Positions 41,509 through 51,084 are shown, numbered from the stretch's first letter. The stretch is 64,000 bases of DNA from an uncultured bacterium (GCA_963729625.1 CAVSOU010000008.1:224001-288000); one strand, 5' to 3'. A program made the numbers and translations. Notes: generated by a model from the sequence alone, not told the origin.

Positions 41509-41732
41509 CAGACTGCGGCCTCGTACCGGTGGCCTTCGTCGGGCGTGAGGCCGAGCGCTCGGTCAATTTCGGCTGTCGGAACGAGAATCCTCTTCCCTGC
41601 ACGGATGACACGTACGGGAAACTCGCCCCTCGCGGCCAGCTCATAGCCGGTGCCGGGGCTAATCCCCAGGCGCCGCGATGCCTGCGGAATGCTTTGTGTC
41701 GCGCGTGCTGGCTTTGCGGTAGCGTTCGACAT
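41508..41732 (-). CDS. Excisionase/AlpA-like HTH_17 DNA-binding protein
   Basis: SIPQASRRLGISPGTGYELAARGEFPVRVIRAGKRILVP; RBS AGGAGG. Confidence 0.85.
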   Translation of the reverse strand: MSNATAKPARATQSIPQASRRLGISPGTGYELAARGEFPVRVIRAGKRILVPTAEIDRALGLTPDEGHRYEAAV

Positions 41733-41874
41733 ACGCGCTAACCTCCTTTTCTGGACTGTGCGGTCTTATGCCGCTAAGTCCAATTTAGGCCGGTTTAGGC
41801 GCTATGTATGTACGTATCTCGCGTGACACGGCACTTTCGTACTACGAATATCCGGTGTCACGAGGAAGCGTATA

Positions 41875-42840
41875 TCAGGCGGGAGAGGGTACCGGGTCGT
41901 TCTGGCGAAGCCACTTCTCGGCATAGCGCCGTCGCTCCCGTTCGACCCGTGCTGATTGGGTGTCTGCGAGCTGGCAGTACTTCTTCACGTAGGCGATCCG
42001 TGTTACGCGGGGGTTCTCCGCCACAGCGTCGAGCCAGCCATTATAGAGGCGCACATCCTCTAGGTATTTGTCCTTGCTGACCGTAGTAGGTCGCAGGGTT
42101 TTTGTTCGGTACCGTTCAACCTCCCGGAATGCCCTCGCGAGGTCTTCGCGGAGGTCGTCCACGTCGGCATAGAGGCCGGGAGTCATGAAGATAACCACCT
42201 GCGGATACCCCTGGCGTACGAGGTTCCTGTCGGCGTAGACTTGCCTCGTTAGGTGCAAGGCCGTCTTGGCAACCCTTTTAGGTTTCCCTGCCACTACTAA
42301 GGTTGCCTCGGGAGCTTCTATGTACGCCAACCCTTCGTCTTCGTCACGTGCCGGCGCGTATTCTGCAAGCCATACCTCAACATGCGTATGTGAAGGCGCC
42401 GCGCCTGTCCCGCCGATAGGCAGGAATGGGGGATCCTCGTCGAGGTCAGCAAGCAGTTGCTTCAGAGCAATGTCCCAGGTCTCCCGTATGGCTATATGTA
42501 AGGTGGCCTCGACCATATCCGCTGCTATCGGGGTATACCGCTCGTCGTTCACAATACCCGGGAACTGGGCGGTTATCCGGTACTCTTCCTCCGCGATCCA
42601 CGGGTATTGCGCACTCGTGCCGTTCCGTACAAGGGCCTCCGCAAGGTCGGGACGCAGGTTGGTCGCATCCATAGCACGGCATATCAGCCGCGAGTGCGAC
42701 TCTGCCAGCGCGCGCTGAAGAAGCTGGTATTCACCCAATGCAGTGCCCCAGGCGCGTACAGCACTGAGGGAGTACCGCGGCCTAGCCCACCATTCGGCAG
42801 GCTTTTCATACTTCAGGCGGGATACACTGAAATCAGCCAT
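41875..42840 (-). CDS. Hypothetical protein, possible element regulator
   Basis: 321-aa ORF between integrase and Xis-like gene. Confidence 0.6.
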   Translation of the reverse strand: MADFSVSRLKYEKPAEWWARPRYSLSAVRAWGTALGEYQLLQRALAESHSRLICRAMDATNLRPDLAEALVRNGTSAQYPWIAEEEYRITAQFPGIVNDERYTPIAADMVEATLHIAIRETWDIALKQLLADLDEDPPFLPIGGTGAAPSHTHVEVWLAEYAPARDEDEGLAYIEAPEATLVVAGKPKRVAKTALHLTRQVYADRNLVRQGYPQVVIFMTPGLYADVDDLREDLARAFREVERYRTKTLRPTTVSKDKYLEDVRLYNGWLDAVAENPRVTRIAYVKKYCQLADTQSARVERERRRYAEKWLRQNDPVPSPA

Positions 42841-42909
42841 CGCTCGAGCCCTCCACGCTCGCGATGCGGGCCGGTTCTGTCGCAAGCAGACCGGCCTACC
42901 TACTTGATC

Positions 42910-44623
42910 TTACTTCTTGGCGACCAGCCCGGCACGTTTCCGCGCCATGTAGCGCCTCATCGCCAGCGCATGGAGTTGCTTGGACGTCAGATGTTCCGGT
43001 GACTCGACGTTGGGGCCAACGATGACTTGTTCCGCGTCGATGAGTACCTGCAGCGGCTTAGTCCATACGACCTCGGCGCGCAGCCACGTTGACCGCAGTT
43101 CAGGCACGCGCTCAACGATGGTCGCGCTTTCGACGAACATCAGGGCGAGGTTTCTAAGCTCCCGCTCCATGTCATTGGCGACGTACTGGTCGATGAGCCT
43201 CGTCAAGGCGGACTTTCTCGAACTCCGCATGGAGCGCTTTCGCGTCTGCCGGCGTCGGCGCGGGTGCCGGCAGCACAGCGAGTTCACGCTCAATACTGAC
43301 TATCTTGTCGCTCAGCTCGTTACTGCCGCGGCGATAGGCGGCCACTTCCTGCGGCGTCGGGGTATCGCCCGCCAGCAGTGTGAAGTTCTTGATATGCCGC
43401 TGGAGTTCGTCTTTCGCTACGTCGAGCCGCTTCCGGAGCAGGGGGCGCGGATCTACTGTCGGTGTAACCGTGCTCGCCGCCCGCGATAGGTCCCACGACT
43501 TGAACTGGATCCGCTTGATCTGGGCAAGTACCGCCTCATGCGCAAAGCTTGCCACGTAGTGTGACGGCTTGCAGACGGCCTCGCCGTTGGCGTGCCGTAC
43601 GCAGACATAGGTGGGCCGGTGCTTGCTGGCAGGATCTCGCACGCGGCTAATGACCATGCGGCCGCCGCACGTGCAGCGCAGCAGTCCAGCACACAGGGGA
43701 ACAGGCTGGTCGGTCAGTCTGCCGCGGAACTGCCCCGTGCGTGCATCCGTCAGCCGACGCTGCACCTGATCGAACGTCGCTTGGTCGATGAGCGCTTCAT
43801 GCTCGGCTGGAACCGTGAACTCGCTTCCATCCTCGCATCGCTCGAAGCGACCGGACGGCTGCGCGTTATAGCGAAGGTGTCCAACATAGACCGGATTGCG
43901 CAGAATGTAGTTGAGCTTATCTGTCCTCCACGTCAGGCCCTTGGGCGACTTCGGGCAAGCCGGATCGTTATTGGCCCAGCGTGCCAGCTCGAGTAATGAC
44001 TGACCAGACGCATACCGCGTGTACAGCTCAGTGACGAACGACGCTGCAGGCTCGTTGCGGGTCAGTGTGCCGGCTTGGTAGCGCCCGCCGCCGGTCCGCT
44101 CCTGATAGCGCAGGACATAGCCGAAGGGGACGATGCCGTGATGCTTGCCTTCCCGCACTGAACGCTCCAGACTGGGGCGGACGCGGCGTGCGAGCTCCCG
44201 GCTATATTGCTCGGCCATGCCGCTCCGTACGAAGCGCATGATACCAGGCTCCTCGGTCCCCTCTCGGACGGAGATGAGCTTGACTCCCAGATTCTCCATC
44301 TCGCGGCAGCGGACGATCAGCTCGCCGCCATCGCGCCCGAGCCGGTCGAGTTGGTGCACGATGACAGCGCCGATGGTCCCGCTTCGCACGGACGCCAAAA
44401 GTCGCTGGTAGCCATGACGAGTGAGCTTGTGGCCGCTCTCGAAATCGCTTTCCATCTGCGCGACGTCGAGCCCGTGCTCGGCTGCGTAGCTCCTGATTGC
44501 CTCCTCCTGAAGTTCTGGGCTGTAACCGTCGCTCTGCTTGAGCGTGCTGACTCTGATATAGCCTGCTGCTCTTGTCGCGACCGCCGGGAGTGCCGTCAAG
44601 CGTCGTGCTGGTGCTGTCATCAC
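42910..44623 (-). CDS. Large serine recombinase; probable frameshift near 43215
   Basis: GYIRVSTLKQ, HQLDRLGRD, PFGY, ILRNPVYVG, LLRCTCGGRM Zn ribbon, coiled coil; ORF 43172-44623 appears to continue in the 42910-43293 frame. Confidence 0.92.
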
Positions 44624-44658
44624 GTCCTCCTTCGGGGACTCTCTCCCCTTAAGAGAAT

Positions 44659-44692
44659 TATATCATAAACAACACTAACAGGTAAATAGTTC
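44659..44692. repeat. Right attachment site (arm TATATCATAAACAACA plus core TC)
   Basis: Inverted partner of 29501-29516; overlaps a minus-strand TGnTATAAT element upstream of the integrase. Confidence 0.9.
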
Positions 44693-44878
44693 GTTCTTAC
44701 CCATCTGTCTGGCCATCATCACGGTAAGCGTGTCTCCCTTGCGGGAGAGCACCGCCCTGACGATGGCGCGAGCGATCTCCGCCTGGTAGGGCCGGAGCGG
44801 CCTCTTTACCACGGACTCGCTAAAGCGCACGACGTCGTCCAGCAAGACTTCGACTGATGAGGGTGTCGCGGCAGACAC
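44691..44878 (-). CDS. Resident large terminase-like gene, 5' part (interrupted)
   Basis: RBS AAGGAGG plus GTG; LRPYQAEIA (Q motif), MMARQMGKN (Walker A), then element sequence and stop. Confidence 0.85.
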
Positions 44879-44978
44879 ACGGACCTCCTTTGGAGGGGGA
44901 CGTCGGGCCGGCTCGCAGCCGGCGGTGATCCTGTGAGCCGGAGCAACCGCCGTGCGGAATCAGCGCGGAGTGCGCGGA

Positions 44979-45015
44979 GAAGAAACAACGGCACCCCGGC
45001 ATGTACCGGGGTGCT
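44979..45015 (-). terminator. Intrinsic terminator after Flp pilin
   Basis: GCACCCCGG-loop-CCGGGGTGC followed by GTTGTTTCTT on minus strand. Confidence 0.65.
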
Positions 45016-45068
45016 GTGCCGCGTGAGTTTGTCGGAGCGCGAACGCCGGCGCTGCCGGCCGGCTGCGG

Positions 45069-45266
45069 TCAGATACCGTTGGCGACGTTGTTCAGCTGTG
45101 TGCTGATTGCCGGCTGCAGGAACTTGAGAGCGACGATGACCATGATGGCGATGAACGCTAGGATCAGGGCGTACTCCACCAAGCCCTGGCCTCTGTCATC
45201 GGCAAATCGTTTGGCCAAGACTTGCTGCAGGCGTTGGGTTGCCCTAACCCAGAGTTCAGTAATCAT
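45069..45266 (-). CDS. Flp family type IVb pilin
   Basis: DDRGQGLVEYALILAFIAIMVIVAL. Confidence 0.92.
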   Translation of the reverse strand: MITELWVRATQRLQQVLAKRFADDRGQGLVEYALILAFIAIMVIVALKFLQPAISTQLNNVANGI

Positions 45267-45717
45267 ATCGTTCCTCCCCCCTCGGGCGTGTGCCGAGGGT
45301 ATCATCCCGGCTGAGCGGCGCCGTGTGCACGTTCACTCTGACGTTACGCGTATGGCCACGGTTGCGGGCCATGCATCTGGTATGCGTACTATAGCTAATC
45401 CGAATGGGTATTGACAGCGCCTTTTCGGAGGTGTTTATGCTCCTAATTGGCTGGTTTTTACCCGGCGTTTGGGCGGCTGCGTGCGTAGGAGCGGCAGACA
45501 CGGCGGGCAGCGAGGCGATTCGACGGGGGAACCGGATGCCTTCGAAATCGTGCCGGCGGTCGACCGATGACTGAACGTTCGCGCAACCGGCGGGCCCAGT
45601 TGCCCGAACAGTGCCCTGGCGTAGCGATTTGGACCAGCTTCGGCGTGTGCTCACGCGAGGGAGATCGCAGTAGCCGAAGCGTTCCCATGACATCGCGAGT
45701 GCAGGCCGGCCGGCAGA

Positions 45718-46095
45718 TCACCTGGTGTCTGCACGTTGCTGGATGGCTGCGGCCGCCCGTTCAAGCTCCTGTTCAAGTGCACTTTGATCCGTATCGCCGC
45801 CTGTGCCGTGAGCGCGGAGTGCCTTGACGATCAGATCGATCAGGCGCATCGTGAGCTGGACCGTGGCCGGACTCGTGCTGGTCTTCGTGCGGGTCTTCGT
45901 GCTCCGGAGCAGCAGAAAGAGGTGCAGGCGAAGCAGAGCGATTTCACCATTCAATCCGTGCTCGCTTTGCGCGCTCTCGAAGATCTCGCGCTCTTCGTCG
46001 GGCAATGCGTGGCCGTAAAAGCTCTGGCCTGAACTGCTTGGCACACGTGCTTCAGCGGCGTCCGGATGCAGCAGCTTGGGTTCCGCGCTGGTCAC
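45718..46095 (-). CDS. Putative resident terminase small subunit
   Basis: SFYGHALPDEE...GLNGEIALLRLHL; RBS AGGAGG; position upstream of TerL (inference). Confidence 0.5.
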   Translation of the reverse strand: MTSAEPKLLHPDAAEARVPSSSGQSFYGHALPDEEREIFESAQSEHGLNGEIALLRLHLFLLLRSTKTRTKTSTSPATVQLTMRLIDLIVKALRAHGTGGDTDQSALEQELERAAAAIQQRADTR

Positions 46096-46105
46096 GGTGT
46101 TCCTC

Positions 46106-47908
46106 CTAATCCCGCCGCCCGGACAGATACCACGATCCATCCCTCTGCTCCTGGTAAATCTCCAGTACGGCGCCTTGCATGGTCTCTACCAGGTAGTAGT
46201 AACGGTGAGTAGGCGTGGACCACCAGTTGGTACGGATGCGCCACTGGCTGCAAACCGCGCGCAGCGATTCCCAGGCGCGAGGATCGCGGCGCACGGCCGC
46301 CGGCAGTCCCGAGGCCGTGACGCGTACCTCAATGCGACTGGTGCGAAAGGTTACGAGATTGCCCGGACCATCCCAGGTTACGCGGTCCTCCGGCAGCGGC
46401 GCATCCGCGACCAGTTGAACGCGGCGGGCAGCGCGCGGGCCAAAACGCCCGCGCAGCCGATGCGCCAGCACCTCCAATCGCTCGCGCCCAGCCAGAATGG
46501 GATCGGCGCCCAGCAAAGTACCCTGCGTGGCAGCCAGGTCCAGGCCGGCAGCCTCCAAGCGCAAGCTCACCACTGGCCTGTCGGGCGCCAGCTGCACCAA
46601 GAGCTCACGTGCACGATCCAGAATAGCCGGCGCACCTGCCACGGGTTGCTTGAGATGCAGCTTGACACTCCGGCCTTCGGATCCTGGTACCCACTCGGGG
46701 GTGCGGAGCACACCACGGGGGGTCGTGTCCCCAGCACATCGCCTCGAAGTGCCTGCCGGGGTACCCCCCGAAGGGTGGGTCGTCGTGGGTCGTGGACTGA
46801 TCCCGCTACCGCGCGAACTTTCCCTATTGGATCGCGTTCCAATCGTGGTCGTCATCGCGATAGTCAGCCTGAGCACTGCCGCCGACTGCCCGCGCATCGC
46901 CAGCTTGGCGGCCAGCAGATCGGCCAGCCGCATCAGCTCGCGGTCCAGCCAGAGACCGTCCGCCGTTGCGTCTTCCAGATCGCACGCAACGTCGACCATG
47001 CTGGGCGCCGGAGGACTGACTACTGGACGTTGAGCCGCACCGCGCGCCTGCTCGTGCGCAATCCGGCCCGTCTGGCCGAAGCGACGCTGCACCGCCCTTT
47101 CCGGTAAATGGGCAAATTGCCCGGCAGTCCGAATACCAAGCGCGTGCAGGCGCTCGAGCACGCGCGGATCAAAGTCGTTGAACAGCGCGAGTGGGAGAGA
47201 CTGTAGAAATGTCTGCTCTTGCCCGTCTTGCACCTCGACCGGGTTGTCCGGAGCGGCGACTGCCGCGGCAACTGCCGCCAGGGAAGGATTGGCAGCAACG
47301 CCGATACGGGCCTGGAAGCCACGGGCAGCCAGTGAAGCGCCGATGGCCGCAGCGATGATCGCGGGCCGGCCGAACAACCGCTCGCAGCCGTGCACGTCGA
47401 GCGTCGCGCCGAAGCGTCGCGCTAGCTGCTGCTCGTTCGTGACGGCTACTTTGCGCCCGGTGGCCGCCTGAATCCATTCAGGCTCTACGTGTGGCGTGTA
47501 CCGGCCGAGCATCTCCAGCACCTCCTGCGCGGCGGCGTCGATGGCCGCCGGATTGGCGGGCAGCGTCAGGGCATGCGGGCACAGTTTCTCGGCCGCTCGC
47601 AAGGTCATCCCTGCCAGAACACCCTCGGCGCGCGCGGCAGGCGAAGCGGCCAGGACAGCGCGCCACCCACTCTGGGGGGTCCCCGGCTGCGCATCGCCGC
47701 CCACGATCAGCGCAGCACCACCTAATTCCGGCCGGTCACGCAGCACCAGGGCCGCGGCAAAATCGTCGATCCGTATGGAGATAATGCTGGGCTCGCGCTC
47801 CGCACCCGCATTTGGAGCGCGCACGACCTGCAGCCGGTCAGGTGCGGGTATGCGCCGACCGGCGGTTGTGGATGCCAGGCTCCTGGCAGTCGCATCACGC
47901 TCAGCCAT
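46106..47908 (-). CDS. Y-family DNA polymerase-like protein (ImuB-like) with C-terminal DUF6504-like domain
   Basis: AASPAARAEGVLAGMTLRAAEKLCP, LDVHGCERLFG, LHALGIRTAGQF; WRIRTNWW...YYLVET...WYLSG tail; canonical catalytic acidic motifs not evident. Confidence 0.85.
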   Translation of the reverse strand: MAERDATARSLASTTAGRRIPAPDRLQVVRAPNAGAEREPSIISIRIDDFAAALVLRDRPELGGAALIVGGDAQPGTPQSGWRAVLAASPAARAEGVLAGMTLRAAEKLCPHALTLPANPAAIDAAAQEVLEMLGRYTPHVEPEWIQAATGRKVAVTNEQQLARRFGATLDVHGCERLFGRPAIIAAAIGASLAARGFQARIGVAANPSLAAVAAAVAAPDNPVEVQDGQEQTFLQSLPLALFNDFDPRVLERLHALGIRTAGQFAHLPERAVQRRFGQTGRIAHEQARGAAQRPVVSPPAPSMVDVACDLEDATADGLWLDRELMRLADLLAAKLAMRGQSAAVLRLTIAMTTTIGTRSNRESSRGSGISPRPTTTHPSGGTPAGTSRRCAGDTTPRGVLRTPEWVPGSEGRSVKLHLKQPVAGAPAILDRARELLVQLAPDRPVVSLRLEAAGLDLAATQGTLLGADPILAGRERLEVLAHRLRGRFGPRAARRVQLVADAPLPEDRVTWDGPGNLVTFRTSRIEVRVTASGLPAAVRRDPRAWESLRAVCSQWRIRTNWWSTPTHRYYYLVETMQGAVLEIYQEQRDGSWYLSGRRD

Positions 47909-48473
47909 GCTGCCCTCCGCGAGCTTCGCCGGTGGCTCGCCGCGCGCGTACTCGGTCGTTGAGGTGCAGGCGATACCGTTCCACGATCGGGATCGGCATG
48001 CTCGCCTGCTCGAACAGCGGGCAATGCGCCAGGTCGTGATCGTCTTGCGGCGGAATGCGGCGGCGCACGAAGGCGGACGCGCTGATTGGACTCTGCCAAC
48101 ACTGGTTCATGCACCGCAACATCAGCAGATGAATCAAGCCGCGCCGGCCGTCGATCGCCGCGATGGCGATTTCCTCCACGTAGCGGCACCACAGGCATCG
48201 TGCCCTGGCTACATACTCCGCATCTGTTGGGTGAAAGTGGAGCCGGAGTGCGGCTGTATAGCTAGGCGAAGCCGTGTCGGTCCAGCAGACTTCCAGCGGG
48301 CACGTCATGCCAAGGCAGCCAGTATAGGTGTGGTTTGTCTTGATACAGGGATACCAGCGTGTGGAACTCTGTTCCCGTATCGGCACGGTGAAAGGCAGCC
48401 GTGGCCCTTCCTCGACGTGAAAGCCGTAGGCGCTCTTCAGCCCCAAAGCCTTGGCGAGTGCCGTCTCATCCAT
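47901..48473 (-). CDS. Cys-rich hypothetical protein
   Basis: 190 aa, overlaps ImuB start. Confidence 0.55.
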   Translation of the reverse strand: MDETALAKALGLKSAYGFHVEEGPRLPFTVPIREQSSTRWYPCIKTNHTYTGCLGMTCPLEVCWTDTASPSYTAALRLHFHPTDAEYVARARCLWCRYVEEIAIAAIDGRRGLIHLLMLRCMNQCWQSPISASAFVRRRIPPQDDHDLAHCPLFEQASMPIPIVERYRLHLNDRVRARRATGEARGGQHG

Positions 48474-48479
48474 CCGTCG

Positions 48480-50459
48480 TCACATTCCTTCACAGCTCAG
48501 CTGCAGCTCATACTGCGAGGACCGCGCATCCACCGTCAGCCGCAGCCCCACGATCCGGCACGATAACCCCGGCAAAATGCTGTCGGTCAGAGCCACCGCG
48601 TCATACAGCTCTAACGCCGGGTTCGGCCCCACCGTCAGCTGCACCTGCGTCGCCAGCCGCTGCTCACGCGCCAGCGCGAATTGCGCCGCATACACCGCCC
48701 CGCCCGCCGTCGTCGCCAGCTGCTCTACCACCAGCGCGTATCGCTCACGCCCCGTCGCCGCCAGGTCCGCGCTGTCCCATACCTCGGCCACCGCCGCCGC
48801 GATCTTGGTCGGCCCGCGCACCGCTACCCGGTTCGCCCGGTCGCCGTCCACGCCCACCTGCAGCGCCTCCGCCTCCACGCCGTAGCTCCATACCGTCGCC
48901 TGGCTCGCACTCTTGCCGATCACGTCCAGCCAGTCTACCGCCGCGAAGGCCACGCCCGGCGCCGGCACCACCCGCACCCGCCAGGCCCCCGCCCAGGCAC
49001 GCAGCATCCGCTGCATGGCCAGCGTGTAGGTCTCGCCGGCCACCAGCTGGTAGGTCGTTACGATCTGGTTGAACTGCTGCGACCCGTCGATCGTCGAGGC
49101 CCGCTCGAACCCCGCCTGCGCCGCCAGGTCGAACACGATGTCAATAATCTGCCTGGACGCGTAGGAGAGCGGCACGCATGTCTCATACTCCAGACACCAG
49201 GACGCGTCCAGGGCCACGATCGCGATCTCGCTCACGTCCACCGCACGCGCGAAGGTCCACGATTCCACGTAGAAGAGGTGCGTCGGTATGAGACCGGCGC
49301 CCACGAAACCCTGGCTGAGCAGGATCTGGGCCCGCACTTTCAGCGCTGCCAGGCCGCTGTATTGCCCCGCGCTGTTGTCCAGCGTCGCCGTCAGCGTGGC
49401 CGGCTTGCCCTCCGCCTCTACGACCTCAAGCCGCAGCAGATCCGCCGTCAGGTCGCGGTAGTCCGTCGCCGGGTCGTAGCTCGGCGCGAACAGCACCGCC
49501 TCCAGGCCCGCGAGCACCTGGCCCAGCGCGTGCTGCAGCCAGACCGCCCCACACGTCACCGCCGTCCCCGGCGACGCCGTGCCGGCCGTCCAGTGCACGA
49601 AGTCCGCTGAGCTGGCACGCACCAGTCGCGCATACGGCACGCCATCCACGGCGCCGGAGTCCTGCTCGACCCATGTCAGCCGGTAGAGCCCGCCCCAGTG
49701 CGTCAGGTGCGGATAGGCCGCATAGATGCCCGTCGCCAGCAGCAGCGTCTGCAGCGGCGTGAGCACCGACCAGGCCGGAGCGCCGCCATATACGTACGTG
49801 CAGCTCACCAGCCTGCTTGGCGAGCCCGCCGCCTGCCAGCCGGCCAGCACCACGCTGTAGCTGCCGTCCACGTTGCGCACGGCGTCGATGCCCACCACCT
49901 GGCCCCAGTCCCCGTTCGTCCAGTCGAGGCCCGACCACGTGCCGGCCAGATGCCAGGCGGCCGGCCGCGCCACGCCCGTCCCCGGGTTGTAGGCGAGAAG
50001 GACCGTGCCCAGGTCGCCGTCGCCCGCCAGGCCCCAGCAGGCGTGAGCAGGGTCGAAGAGGACGGCCGTCGCGCCCCAGCTCACCCCGCTGTCCGTCGAG
50101 TCCGTCGCGCACACCTGCGTGGTGCTCGTCTTCTGCCACAGCACGCGCACCGTCGCCCCGGCCACGATGCAGCAGCAGCCGGCCTGCAGCCGCGCGTCGC
50201 TCGTCAAAAACGTCCAGGCGTTCCATAGCACCACGTCGGACGGGTCCGTGACCCGAATGATGTAGAGCCCGCTCGACAGCACGCAGGCAGCCACGAGTGC
50301 CCCGTCCGGGGCAATGCAGGCGCTGGTCCGCGAGGCGGTTTCGCCCAGGGCGCGCACCACCGCGAAGTGCGGCGCCGCGTCCGCCAGCTCCAGCCGCACA
50401 TCCGGCGGGGATCCGAACGTCTGGGCCGCCGCAGTCAGATAGGGAGAAAGCGTCCTCAT
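48480..50459 (-). CDS. Phage-like tail/baseplate hub protein
   Basis: MRTLSPYL...; LTATLDNSAGQY; C-terminal VGPNPALELYDAVALTD...YELQLS; context. Confidence 0.6.
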   Translation of the reverse strand: MRTLSPYLTAAAQTFGSPPDVRLELADAAPHFAVVRALGETASRTSACIAPDGALVAACVLSSGLYIIRVTDPSDVVLWNAWTFLTSDARLQAGCCCIVAGATVRVLWQKTSTTQVCATDSTDSGVSWGATAVLFDPAHACWGLAGDGDLGTVLLAYNPGTGVARPAAWHLAGTWSGLDWTNGDWGQVVGIDAVRNVDGSYSVVLAGWQAAGSPSRLVSCTYVYGGAPAWSVLTPLQTLLLATGIYAAYPHLTHWGGLYRLTWVEQDSGAVDGVPYARLVRASSADFVHWTAGTASPGTAVTCGAVWLQHALGQVLAGLEAVLFAPSYDPATDYRDLTADLLRLEVVEAEGKPATLTATLDNSAGQYSGLAALKVRAQILLSQGFVGAGLIPTHLFYVESWTFARAVDVSEIAIVALDASWCLEYETCVPLSYASRQIIDIVFDLAAQAGFERASTIDGSQQFNQIVTTYQLVAGETYTLAMQRMLRAWAGAWRVRVVPAPGVAFAAVDWLDVIGKSASQATVWSYGVEAEALQVGVDGDRANRVAVRGPTKIAAAVAEVWDSADLAATGRERYALVVEQLATTAGGAVYAAQFALAREQRLATQVQLTVGPNPALELYDAVALTDSILPGLSCRIVGLRLTVDARSSQYELQLSCEGM

Positions 50460-50674
50460 GCCGGACCCCCACTCGGGTGGGTACCCGGTGCCCGGTCCCC
50501 GGTCCCCGCCGCGGCGATCGCGTTCCGCCGCACGAGCTCGTCGATCGCCTCCAGCAGCAGCATCGCCAATCCGGTCAGCCGCTGATCGTGCGCGTGGTCC
50601 TTCACCAGGTCGATCACCGTGGCGCGAATAATCCCGCACTCCTCATCGCTGAACACCCGCAACGCCTCCGCCAT
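50456..50674 (-). CDS. Small hypothetical protein
   Basis: Translationally coupled on both sides; RBS GGAGG. Confidence 0.55.
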   Translation of the reverse strand: MAEALRVFSDEECGIIRATVIDLVKDHAHDQRLTGLAMLLLEAIDELVRRNAIAAAGTGDRAPGTHPSGGPA

Positions 50675-51084
50675 CACGCCTCCACCAGGATGACGTTCAT
50701 GTGGTAGCTCACCCCGGTCACTTGCGTCCGCGGGTCCACCACGTGCTCTTCGTAGCTGTCGAAATGCACCTGCCAGACACTGGCGTCCACGTCCGTGAAG
50801 GCGAGCTGGGTGTTCACCTTGGCGTAGCTCGCCGCCAGAGCGTCGCGTATGGCCTTGCCCTGCACCGCCAACAGCTGGCCACTGTAGTCCGTCAGCTGCG
50901 TCAGCCCCAGGATCGCCAGGTGCCACTCGCGCTTGCCCGGGCCCGCATCGACGTACCGCTCGGACCCACCCTTGGCCACGGTCGCCCTGCGCAGCCGCGG
51001 CTGCTTCATCACGTGCCCGGACGGCGCCAGCATGTACCCGGACCCGTCCAGGATGATCTGGCAATCCACTCCCTGCGTCGCCAT
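50674..51084 (-). CDS. Phage-like structural protein (distal-tail-like)
   Basis: Beta-rich 136 aa in coupled operon. Confidence 0.5.
   Translation of the reverse strand: MATQGVDCQIILDGSGYMLAPSGHVMKQPRLRRATVAKGGSERYVDAGPGKREWHLAILGLTQLTDYSGQLLAVQGKAIRDALAASYAKVNTQLAFTDVDASVWQVHFDSYEEHVVDPRTQVTGVSYHMNVILVEA

Larger units (their letters stand above)
29484..44692 (-). mobile_element. 15.2-kb integrated phage-satellite-like element with large serine recombinase
   Basis: TC core at 29484-29485 and 44691-44692; 16-bp inverted arms; integrase, Xis-like HTH, primase-helicase, iterons, TerS/TerL; no recognisable capsid or tail; splits a terminase ORF. Confidence 0.9.

Noticed and set aside
45267-45717. 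c-di-GMP riboswitch upstream of Flp pilin
   Set aside because: Plausible by context but no GEMM consensus seen by eye; needs an Rfam scan
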